Below are positions 10,092-20,300 of a DNA stretch of 64,000 nt, in pieces. The notes under the pieces were generated by a model. The model saw only the letters and a list, made by a program, of their open reading frames with translations, ran no database searches and was not told the DNA's origin. Each line of letters starts with the position of its first letter. Position 1 is the stretch's first letter. A program made the translations under genes and the position numbers. Location of the stretch: NCBI GenBank assembly GCA_045598805.1, contig JAZLMS010000055.1, positions 25,086-89,085 of the forward strand, read 5' to 3'. Source of the stretch: Paludibacteraceae bacterium (GTDB taxonomy: Bacteria > Bacteroidota > Bacteroidia > Bacteroidales > Paludibacteraceae).

Positions 10092-11487
10092 CGATAGCGT
10101 TGATTTTAGCTTCTAAATCGTTCAAATCTTTTTTGAGACCATCAATCTTCTTCTGCATATCCTCTACCAGTTTATTGGCACTTTTGCTCTTTCCACTGAA
10201 GAAGAGGATATTATTTTCGGCAGTCTTAATCTCTTGCGTTAGGTTCTCGTACATACGAACGAGTTTATTGCGGTCGCCGGACTCCATAGCCTGTCGCCTA
10301 TTGCCTGTTGCCTTTTGCCTTTTATTCTCTTTCTCTTGTTCGCGTTTAGCGTTGAAGAACGAGTCGCATATATCCGAGAATTGTTTCCACACTTCGTCAC
10401 TATACTTGCGAGCTACGGGACCCACTTTCTTCCACTCTTGCTGGAGATTAATCAATGCCTCGGAGGTCTCTTTCCAAGCGGTACTATTCTTCAGTTCTTC
10501 CGCTTTGGCAATAAGTTCGCGTTTGAGACGCAGGTTCTCGCTGAAGGTATCGCGCAGACCTTTATAGAAAGCGGTTTTTGCCTTATAGAATGTGTCGCAA
10601 ACGGATCTATATTCCTCATATATAGCCTGATTATGCTTCTTCGGAGCAAAACCGATGGTGCGCCATTCGTTTTGTAGTTCGTCTATCATCTTTGAAGCAT
10701 CTTCCCATGCTTTATTGGACTTAAAAGAAGAGAAATCAATAGCTTTAATCTTGTCTATAATAGCCTGCTTGCGTTCGAGGTTTTCGCCTTCTTTGGCATG
10801 GAGTTCGTCGAAATAGGCTTGATGTTTCTTATTGATAACAGAGGATGCTTCTTTGAAGCGATTCCATATATCCTCGCGTAAATCGCGAGCTACAGGACCT
10901 ATCTCTGCCCATTCATCGTGCAGTTGTTGTAAAGCACGATTGGCTTCTACTATATTGGGATTCTCCTTCAACTTCTCAGCGGCTTCACAAAGGAGCGTCT
11001 TCAGTTCAAGGTTCTTCTTAAAGTCCAAGTCGCGAAGTTCGATATTGATCTTTACGAGGTCATAGAACTGCTCTTGATAGAGTTGATACTGCTTCCATAG
11101 TGTTTGCACTTGGGGTTGAGGAACGGCACCGATAGATTTCCATTCGGCTTGCAGGTCGCGCATCTTTTGGAGATTGCCCATCACATCCGCCGTTTCGGCT
11201 TGAGCCATAGTCTTCATTTGCTCCAAGATATTCTCTTTGCGTAGAAGATTTTGAGCCATCTGTGCCTCGGTAGCTTTGGTTACCTCAGCGCGTTTGGTCT
11301 TGTAAACCTGAAGCAGTTCACGGAACTGTTTCTCCGCCTCTTCGGTAAAGTTACTTACTCGGTAGAATTGGTTTTTCAGTTGTTCTACCTTCTCTTTTGC
11401 ATTCATGACAACTTCTGCAGACTGTTCTGCCAAGCCATCCACCAGAGTTTTCAACTCGTCAACGAGTGTTAATTCTTCGTTTTCCAT
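10078..11487 (-). CDS. DUF349 repeat protein
   Basis: Coiled-coil-rich with recurring EW(K/A/R)xIG(P/A)VP/ARD motifs (EWKSIGAVP, EWAEIGPVARD, EWRTIGFAPKK, EWKKVGPVARKY). Confidence 0.8.
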   Translation of the reverse strand: MENEELTLVDELKTLVDGLAEQSAEVVMNAKEKVEQLKNQFYRVSNFTEEAEKQFRELLQVYKTKRAEVTKATEAQMAQNLLRKENILEQMKTMAQAETADVMGNLQKMRDLQAEWKSIGAVPQPQVQTLWKQYQLYQEQFYDLVKINIELRDLDFKKNLELKTLLCEAAEKLKENPNIVEANRALQQLHDEWAEIGPVARDLREDIWNRFKEASSVINKKHQAYFDELHAKEGENLERKQAIIDKIKAIDFSSFKSNKAWEDASKMIDELQNEWRTIGFAPKKHNQAIYEEYRSVCDTFYKAKTAFYKGLRDTFSENLRLKRELIAKAEELKNSTAWKETSEALINLQQEWKKVGPVARKYSDEVWKQFSDICDSFFNAKREQEKENKRQKATGNRRQAMESGDRNKLVRMYENLTQEIKTAENNILFFSGKSKSANKLVEDMQKKIDGLKKDLNDLEAKINAIDAAD

Positions 11488-11523
11488 AAGTGTCGCCTAA
11501 CGGCGTAGTTCATAAAATCGCTG

Positions 11524-11531
11524 CAAATTTA
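11524..11531 (-). promoter_or_regulatory. Bacteroidota -7 box (TAaaTTTG on the minus strand) for the DUF349-ftsE operon
   Basis: Plus-strand caaattta is the reverse complement of TAAATTTG, about 37 nt upstream of the ATG at 11487. Confidence 0.5.
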
Positions 11532-11563
11532 CACTTTTTTTTGCATATGTGCAAATTTTTTCG

Positions 11564-11571
11564 TAATTTTG
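11564..11571 (+). promoter_or_regulatory. Bacteroidota -7 box (TAatTTTG) for prfB
   Basis: taattttg lies 64 nt upstream of the prfB ATG, divergent from the box at 11524. Confidence 0.5.
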
Positions 11572-11634
11572 CACCCTGAATTAGTAAAAAAACATATTTA
11601 ACCACGATATATTTAGTAAATCTTTTGCAATTCA

Positions 11635-12741
11635 ATGATAACTATCGAACAACTTAAAGACGTACAAGTCCGTGCAGACAAACTCAAACAGTATCTCGCT
11701 ATTGACGAGAAGCGTATTCAACTCGAGGAGGAGGAACTCCACACCCAAGCCCCGGGCTTTTGGGACGACCCTAAGGATGCCGAGGCGCAGATGCGTAAGG
11801 TTAAGGGTATCAAACGCTGGATAGAAGGCTATGAGGGCGTTCGTTCGACAACGGACGAACTCCAACTCGCCTTTGATTTCTACAAGGACGAACTCGTTAC
11901 CGAAACAGAGGTCGATGATGCTTATGCTAAGGCAGTGACGGCAGTGGAGGATTTGGAAATGAAGAACATGCTTTCCCATGAGGAGGACGCTATGCCCGCT
12001 GTTCTTAAGATTGTGAGCGGTGCCGGAGGCACAGAGGCACAGGACTGGGCAGAGCAGCTCATGCGTATGTACCAGCGCTATTGCGAAAAGCATAATTACA
12101 AAGTCACTGTCTCTAACTATCAGGAGGGTGATGCCGCCGGCATTAAGACGGTCACTTTCAATATTGAGGGAGAGATGGCATATGGTTATTTGAAATCGGA
12201 GAATGGTGTCCACCGTTTGGTGCGTGTTAGTCCGTATAACGCTCAGGGCAAGCGTATGACCTCGTTTGCGTCCGTCTTTGTTGTACCATTGATTGATGAT
12301 AGCATTGATATTCAGGTTGATCCGGCGGGTATCAGTTGGGACACGTTCCGTTCATCGGGTGCCGGAGGTCAGAATGTGAATAAGGTTGAGTCGGGTGTAC
12401 GTTTGCACTATAAGTTCATTAACGTGCTGACGGGTCAGCCGGATGAGATAGTGATTGAGAACACCGAGACCCGCGACCAGCCCAAAAACAGAGAGAACGC
12501 GTTGCGTCACTTGCGCAGTCAACTTTATGAGTTAGAATTGGAGAAACGCCGTCAAGCAGCAGCTAAGGTGGAAGCCGGTAAGAAAAAGATTGAGTGGGGT
12601 TCGCAGATTCGGTCTTATGTCTTTGATGACCGTCGTGTAAAGGATCATCGCACCAATTACGAGACGCATAATGTGGATGCCGTTATGGACGGTGATATAG
12701 ATGCTTTCATCAAAGCTTACCTCATGGAGTTCCCTGATTAG
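11635..12741 (+). CDS. prfB: peptide chain release factor 2 (single uninterrupted frame)
   Basis: GGQ motif (SGAGGQNVNKVESGVRL). RF2-type tripeptide region reads VSPYNAQGKR. The N-terminus aligns to E. coli RF2 across the frameshift site with no interruption (LKQYLAIDEK). Confidence 0.95.
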   Translation: MITIEQLKDVQVRADKLKQYLAIDEKRIQLEEEELHTQAPGFWDDPKDAEAQMRKVKGIKRWIEGYEGVRSTTDELQLAFDFYKDELVTETEVDDAYAKAVTAVEDLEMKNMLSHEEDAMPAVLKIVSGAGGTEAQDWAEQLMRMYQRYCEKHNYKVTVSNYQEGDAAGIKTVTFNIEGEMAYGYLKSENGVHRLVRVSPYNAQGKRMTSFASVFVVPLIDDSIDIQVDPAGISWDTFRSSGAGGQNVNKVESGVRLHYKFINVLTGQPDEIVIENTETRDQPKNRENALRHLRSQLYELELEKRRQAAAKVEAGKKKIEWGSQIRSYVFDDRRVKDHRTNYETHNVDAVMDGDIDAFIKAYLMEFPD

Positions 12742-12745
12742 TCAA

Positions 12746-13996
12746 TCATTTAAATACCGCATAATAGGTTACTGAGTGGGTCACCACCCTATCACCCGCG
12801 GTGGTGAATATGTCCGATGGAGCATTAGAGGGATTGAAGTAATTTGCTTGCTCCGTCCAACCTTGGAACTCTTTTCCATCACAAGCGGCAGGTTGCTCCG
12901 AATGACCATCAACATTCTCCGGCATTACCAATGCCGAACCTACATCCACCCTTTGACGCAGCCACTCAGTACCGCCGAACATCCAAATGACGGTCGCTTG
13001 TTGCTTATCGGTGGGAGTATAAGACTCGGAATCCCATGTTTTATGAACGTCGTTATTGTTTAGATTAAATGTTTGTCCTGCTTTACAGCCCCAGATATAC
13101 TCTGCCAATTCGGGTAGGTCGATGAAGGGGTTACGGTTGCCTTGTATTTTTTCTACACCGTTATTGCGGTTTATCTCTTTGGCAGAAACGGCATCACCGC
13201 GTGTCCAGTTCATCATAAGCGCTATGCCGTAGGGGGTAAAGCCGTAGAGACCCTCAGCGGTATAAACGCCGCTAAACACATATTGACCATACTCCTTGGT
13301 GAAGGGTTGATAGTCCCATTTATCGGCATTATCACTATCTATATTACCATCTAAATCTGCCCACGTGAGGAGGGTGGCAAAGTATCCGCGTGCGAGGTCG
13401 CCCTTGTAAGCCTCAGTAGGTTCAAAGACCTTGGACGAGCCGGTGTATGTAGCGGAAGTGATGTTGTTCAACAATGAACCTCCTGTCACAATAATCGCTT
13501 CTGCCGTACCGCAGAGGCATGTAGAGTTAGAGAAGGTTTTTGCGCCTTCGGCTGCCACCTCGCCGTAAGGGAGGTTATTGTGGGTGGAGTTGATATAACC
13601 ATCTACAGGGAAGATGTGCATCAGGTCAGCACCGGGGGTATTGGTTTTGGTTCCGCCGCCGAACCATGATTTAGGAATGGAGTGCTCGCGGTTGTAGGAC
13701 GTACCCTCTCCACGGATGATAGCACCCTGCGCAGGACCTCCGGGTACAAATTGATTACTTTCCGAATAGATATCCCAGATATACCCATCGGGGCGCACAT
13801 CAATCTCGCAATAGGCTTGCCATATACCGGGGGTATAAGTGGTAGTTCCTCTCAAATTGTCACGCAGCACTTTTTGTACTGCAGCCACGAGGTCGGCACC
13901 GGATTTGCCATTAAGGTCGGAATAATAGTTGTTATCAACCGCCCAAGCGTTGATTGTTGATGCTGTCAGTAGCAGCAAGAGATTTATTTTCTTCAT
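12746..13996 (-). CDS. secreted Endonuclease I family nuclease with a C-terminal Listeria-Bacteroides-repeat-like module
   Basis: Internal ATG at 13996 gives MKKINLLLLLTASTINAWA, a signal peptide. Endonuclease_1-like motifs NREHSIPKSWFGG and DLMHIFPVDGYINSTHNNLPYGEV. C-terminal FQGWTEQANY...TYYAVFK. Confidence 0.75.
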   Translation of the reverse strand: MKKINLLLLLTASTINAWAVDNNYYSDLNGKSGADLVAAVQKVLRDNLRGTTTYTPGIWQAYCEIDVRPDGYIWDIYSESNQFVPGGPAQGAIIRGEGTSYNREHSIPKSWFGGGTKTNTPGADLMHIFPVDGYINSTHNNLPYGEVAAEGAKTFSNSTCLCGTAEAIIVTGGSLLNNITSATYTGSSKVFEPTEAYKGDLARGYFATLLTWADLDGNIDSDNADKWDYQPFTKEYGQYVFSGVYTAEGLYGFTPYGIALMMNWTRGDAVSAKEINRNNGVEKIQGNRNPFIDLPELAEYIWGCKAGQTFNLNNNDVHKTWDSESYTPTDKQQATVIWMFGGTEWLRQRVDVGSALVMPENVDGHSEQPAACDGKEFQGWTEQANYFNPSNAPSDIFTTAGDRVVTHSVTYYAVFK

Positions 13997-14323
13997 AATC
14001 TTTGATTTATTATCGTGTTTTACAAACCCTACTCCTCTACCCCCTACTCCCCTACTCTTAATAATGCCGTAGGCGGCAGCCAAGGCGAGTAGCACCCATA
14101 CACCATTACCGATTGGCATATCCGGACCTTCGGGGTATCCAGGCAACTCATCATCGTCATAAACATCACCCCACGGGTCGTCTTCTTGGGGACTTCTATT
14201 GGGTCCGCCGGCGCGGTAACCGGTTGTTTCGTAATATTGGTCTGATGTGGTATATAATTGCTCCGGACTTGAGTTTGGTAATGTCAAACCTATTTGCAGT
14301 AAGATTAAAAGTAGCGTTTTCAT
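13997..14323 (-). other. 109-codon in-frame 5' extension of the nuclease ORF: signal-peptide-like segment, acidic/Pro-rich segment, TM segment, basic linker
   Basis: The ATG at 14323 overlaps the TGA of the giant gene (ATGA). Reads MKTLLLILLQIGL...DDPWGDVYDDDELPGYPEGPDMPIGNGVWVLLALAAAYGIIKSRGVGGRGVG. There is no stop before the nuclease ATG. Confidence 0.35.
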
Positions 14324-17300
14324 TTCGTTACCTCCTTTCCTTCGGCATTAAAGGTTGTGCCATTAACGATGATATAAATATGTCCGTCTTTAAGCATTTT
14401 CAGTCCGTCGCCTATTGCCCTTCCTCCTCCACCGTCATCAATATCGGTAGGTGCTTTGTTTTGACGAATGGCATTAATAGCGAAGCGGTTTTCTACGGCT
14501 CCGGCGGGAGCGGAGAAGATATAGTCGTCATGTAACAGATTGGTTACCGCACCATTCTCGTAGTCGTACAAGTAAAGTCCTTCGAGGTCATCCACCCTAC
14601 TCGATTCGCGGAGCGAGAAAGTGTATTCGCTTTCTGCGGGTGTACGGAGGTTGAGTGGGATAAGGGTTCGAGCGGTCTCGTCATCGACGGCGAGGTAAGC
14701 CATCTTCGTTTCGTCCGCCATCAGCCAAGCGCGGAGGTCGTTAGCGGTACCGAGTTCTTTGCTCAGGTCTGCATTTATCTCATAGTCGTTCGTATGTTGC
14801 GGACCGACAATAAGTCCGAAGCGGTCGTGCATACTTGCGCCCGCGAGGTTGATATAGGCCTTCTGTTCGGGGTTCACGTTGGCGAGCAGATAAGCGGGAG
14901 CCTGTGAAGGCGATGTACGAGGGATGGTAATTGGTTTCGTCACACCGGCTTGTACAAACACGCCGTAGAACGGGCGGATTTCCGTATCGTTATCATCCAC
15001 GGCTATTTGTTCATAACCATCTACTGTATTGGTAGGAACGGTGATATACATAAACTCGTCATTGAATGACGGAATTGCGCTCATATAGGGGTTTGCGATA
15101 AAGTTCCACGCTTTGTTCACGTTCTGAACACTCTCGTCATCTACGCCCCAAGCCGTTACTATCACTTGATTCTTTATTATCGTTGTAGTTTCCTCTTCTT
15201 CCGTTTTTGTAATTGTTATTTGTCCTTGTTCGCCGTTGGTTGTCCAAGCGTTATCTACGCTGTTCATCGAGAAGCGTAGTGATGCGTGTGTCTCGCCTTT
15301 CAGTTTCTTCGCCGTTACGATATATCCGATAGAAGGTTCTATCCAATCGCCGTTTTTGAGAGCCTTCCAGTATTTGGTTGTTGTTTGTGACTGCTTAGCG
15401 CGTTCCTCACCGTTATAGGTTGCAATATTAAAGCCTGTTCCTATTTGTGAAGACGCATCTACGGTTGGTCGAGAAGTGAAGCGCACAGAAGCCATCGTTG
15501 CGCGGAACGGCAGAGCCATCGGAGCATAATTGCCGGAACTGAGGTCGAGGTAATAATATACCGTCTTCAGTTTGGTTAGCAAGGACGCGTTGGAAGCGAT
15601 ATTGAGGCTTGGCACATTGTAGGAGGCAGCATTATCATCGGTTATACCACCATGGAAGACGAGTTGGTTAATAGTAAGCGTACATCCGTTTATCACTACG
15701 GCTGCCCCACTGCGTATATCCAGATTATGAATCGTTGCATCGGCATTTACCGTTAGTGTACCCGAAGTCACCACAATATCGAGGTTCTTGGCATCTACAT
15801 CTTCGGTCAGCAACGAACTTAGTGTAATGTCACTCTTTGCGCAGGCGGGAGTAACTACTGAACCGGTGGCAACCAATTTACTATCCTTGTACCACTGCAA
15901 CTGAATCCTCTGCTGCGTTCCAAAGGTTGTGGAAGAAGTCACATTATAAAGTTCGAAAGTGGGAGTACAAGTAGCCGTCTCAGCCGCATCTTCGTTGACG
16001 ATTAAATGGAACGCATCATGAGTCGGTATTGTTTCCGTCGTTGTAAAGGAGAAGGCGGTTTCCGTCCAGTTCGTTACCGTAATTGGTATTGTAGTAGTTG
16101 AAGTTGTAACCTTAAAGATACGGAAGAGAGTATCGTTAGTAGTTCCCGTTGCGAACATTCCGAACTTATTAGAACTATTGAACTTGAGGCTATTATTAGC
16201 CGCAGTATTGACAAAGGTAAAGGACGAGTTGTCGGTAGTGAGCAGTGTCCATAGTGAACGATTTTCCGTATCGTCACTTATTTTGCCAACTTTGATCTTC
16301 GTTTGTGCCGATGTGGTAGCACTGGTTAGCAAGGCGGTGGTGTCGGTTGGTGTCAAACGTATATGCCCGTTATCCTCTATTACATCACCGAGGTGATAGA
16401 CGGCACTTTGCGGAGCGGTAGCGTTATCTCCATTAACCGTTATCTCATAACCGGAATAGGTATTGAATGCGGTTATATCTGCCGGTAGGGCGTACCACTT
16501 ACTATCCGAACCTTGGTGAGCAATAACGAAGTCGTCTGGCAGTGATGTTCCGCGTACTTGGAATTGAACTTGTTTTTGATTTGGTTCTTCTCCAATGGTG
16601 GCGGTCATTGTTGCGTTACGGTTAACGTTTTGGGCGTTAGGGGTAAATTCAATTGCCACAGTAGCATTGAGACCCGTTTCCGCGTTCGCCTCGGCATTGG
16701 TGATAACAGCATGTAATTTACCATTAGAATTACTATCGTTCACAATCGTCAGTGTTCCCGTTGTTATATCGGGACAAGAGATATGTATTGTTTGCGAGGA
16801 GCGAATGGTCTTGCCTTTTGCGGAAGCGACATAGAGTGTCTTGGGCGTACAAACGAGTTGTGGATCCGACCAAGTGGCGATAGCTGTTACGTCGTGTGAG
16901 AGTTTATATGAGTCACCGGCATTATATTCAACTTCATTGATTGTCCAATGCTCGAAATGCTTGCCCGCCATCGTTGGTGTCGGCAGGGTAATTACTTGAC
17001 CAATGGGATCCGCTTGTTTTGCGGTTGCAGGTGCAGGAGAGTCATCTCCATTGGTAAAACTCATTGTTGCCGTTGCTGCCATGTTGCAGTTTGTTGAGTA
17101 GTCGGAGAACCAATAGCGGTTTACACACGAGAATGTAAAGCTCGATATTTCAGCTTTATATGTAGTACTCTGAGCCTCAGACGATGCTTGAATACGTACA
17201 TAATAGTCACCACAGTTTTCCAAAGTTGCAGTTAAAGTGCCTGTTTCTGGGCTAATACTATTCATTGCTATAGATTGTTGTTTAACCCAATTTTCACCAT

Positions 17301-20300
17301 CCTCTGAAATTTGGATGGCTAAAGTAACTTTGTTACTGCTCTTATTGAAATTAACTTTAACCTCCTTTAAGTCGTAAATCTTTCGGTCGGTGATGATAGT
17401 GGCAGGTTGTTCTAATTTAGTGGAAGTTTGGAAATTACCACCAACAGTTTGTGTAACATTCGTAACCTCGAACCTCATATTCTTTCCGCTATACTCATCC
17501 GTATTCGTCGAGAACATTTCACTCGGTGTTTCTGTGATAACTTTATAATATGCACCCTCCCGAACCTTTCCTCCGTTCTCTGCGGCATAGACGGCATAGA
17601 GGTTCACATCGCGGTCAAAGGTTTGGGTGGTGAAGGCCACTAATGCTGGAGCCTCTTGTCGTAATGTAGTCACTTTGTTCTCGCTCCAACCAATAAAGCG
17701 TTTAGTGCTGCACCCTTCCGCCGGACGATAAGGAATAGCTTTGCCGTCTTGTCCTAATTCGTAGCTATACTCGGGTTCTTCCTCTGTATCCGTAGCGAAG
17801 TAGTGAACATATAACGCGCAAACCGGATTAGTGGTGTAAGAAGGAGCCTTCTCCGAAACGGGATTCTGACGATCGGTATATATGGAATAACGAGGATTAG
17901 TACCATTATTATAGTTAAACCTCAGATAACGATTGCTTCCGCCTATATTTGTTTTGATAGAAGTTTTCCCATCTTCTGTGGCTATCGTCCAAACGGTAGC
18001 ATTCTCCACTTTGGTTGTTAGCAAATTATAAGTTTTCTGACTTGTTCCTTGTTCATTCGCTTGCAAATAAGCCAAAGTATCGCCGGAATGGTAGTACAAC
18101 TTTCCACTATTATTATAGAGCACCAATGCTTGCGCTTTGTCGGTTACGGCGCTGAAGTAGCGATTGGTCGAACCGGATACATACTTACCCAAGTAGTAGG
18201 TCGTCTCGTTATTGACCGTACTGAGGACGAAGCCTTCCGTTTCCAATCCGTCATAAGAATAGATGGCGTAGAAAGTGTCCTTATCAACATGAGGAACAGT
18301 GTAGGTTGTGAATATCTCCGAGTGAATTTGTGTAGTATCATTGATTGCCTTCTTAGTCCATCCTACAAAATTCCACACATTCACATTCGCCACATTGGGC
18401 AACTCAATCTCGCTGTTCCAATCAACCCTTTGCATTGCGGGTGTTGTCACACATTCGGGCACTACAAAGGTGATGGTATCTTGTTTTGCGCGGTTTGTTA
18501 GAGTATCAACAACGTTATAGGACGGCATTCTAAAGCCTCTTGTCTTAGAAACGGTATCGCGACTGGTTTCGCTGAATACCAAATAGCGGTTCGAGGTGCT
18601 GTAGCCATCATTCGCATAACCCGATAATGTAATCGTATCATTAAATGCGTAATAGTCATTCTTATCCAAACGGCCGTTAATCATATCCACGCTCTTAACG
18701 CGATAGACAGGTGTAGGAATGGTGACATATTTTGTTCCGATATGTTGATAGATAGCGAGGTCAGGAGTGGTTATATCTTGCAGCCTATAGCAAGCAAAGA
18801 AACCGTTCTCGCCCATGCTTAAGGTGTTATGTGTCGTCGTAGTGGTTGCAACTACACTCTTAGCCGTTGCACGTCCAGAAGCGTCAATAGCAAGGGTAAA
18901 ACAAGCAGAGGCTGTCTTACTGCCTGTCAAACTCAATTTATCCTTACCGCCACTTGGGGCTGCAAGATATTTCGTACTTTCACCATTTTGCTTGAAGGAC
19001 CATTCTCCAACATGATCTTTACTGTCGCTGGCATCGAGTATCCACTCTTGCACATCCTTACCAAAGGTAATCGTTTCTGCGTCATCGTTTTTGGTAACGA
19101 CGATAGCGGGCAGGGTGTCTTGTCCTGCAATGAACTCTTTACCCATCGCATAATCCTCGTCGATGGAGGCGAGTACTACGTGCGCGCCCAAGCGCAAATC
19201 CTTAATATCTTTAATGAGTTGGTATGTGGCATCACCTTGGCGGTAGAGGGCGTAGAGTGTTTCGCCGGCGGTCGTTGGCAAATATGTCTCACCCGCAGCA
19301 ATAAAGTCGTTAGGTAGATCGGTGACAGCCTCTGTGAGTTGCGTCTTGGTGAAACCGATAAAGATATTATTGACGGCACCTTGCGCGCCCTCCGGAACAG
19401 TCGTTGGCAGTACCACACCCGTCTCGGGAACGTCCATCTGGGTTGATATATTGTTATAGTTAAGGGTTATCGTCCAGTTGGTATAGGTGGCGGTGAGAGT
19501 AACATCGCTCGCCGGCATCGTGTAAGTCGAACCGGCAGCATAAGTGTTTCCATTTCCATCGCTCCAGCCATTAAACGTCTTACCAGCAACGACTTTGCCA
19601 GAGGGGAGAGTAATGGTAGTACATTTAGGACCGCTTATTTGTTCGTCACAATCCGTCGTATAACCATTGTAATGGAACGTAACGACTACAGTGGGATCGT
19701 AGGAATCATAATTAGCCGGACAATCAGTATTATTTTCTCCAAAAGCAGTGATGGTACACCTATTCCAAGTGCCATCAATAGATTTGTTGCTCGTTTGGTT
19801 CCACTTATCAGTCCAATTGGGTGTCTCACAAGTATTCTTCAATCGCACAAAGTTAACATATTCATATCCTTGTGGAATAGTAGTTCTGTAAATAGCATCA
19901 CAATCGCCATAATTGGTCATAAACTCTGACCAGCCATTATCTGTTTCGCTATTGAAATAATAAACTGCAAACTTAGCACTCCCTTTATCCCACAGTTCCG
20001 AGCCTCCGGCATCTAAATAGAGAGTGGTTCTCGCCACCGTCCATTGGGCATAAACTATCTTGTCCGCAGCGATGGGTTCTGTAGAAATCCACGGAGAGGT
20101 ACATTCTTGGTCTGTAAACCAACCAGCAAAATCATAACCGGTAGTAGTCGGTGTGGCTGGTAGTGTGGCAAGTGCTTCTCCATGAGTAGTATATCGGATA
20201 ATATCGGCTCCATGACCATTGAGATTAAAGGTCACAGCAACAGAGGCGGGGTAATCAACAGTTATATTTAGGGTTGTACTTAATTCGCCTTCTTCCGTTG

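Noticed and set aside
11635-11760. Programmed +1 frameshift site in prfB
   Set aside because: The N-terminal region is continuous in one frame from ATG 11635, so no internal in-frame stop needs to be bypassed.
12739-12748. Convergent prfB and nuclease stops only 4 nt apart with no terminator hairpin
   Set aside because: The observation is real, but convergent genes sharing a very short gap are common. I have no evidence of functional significance.
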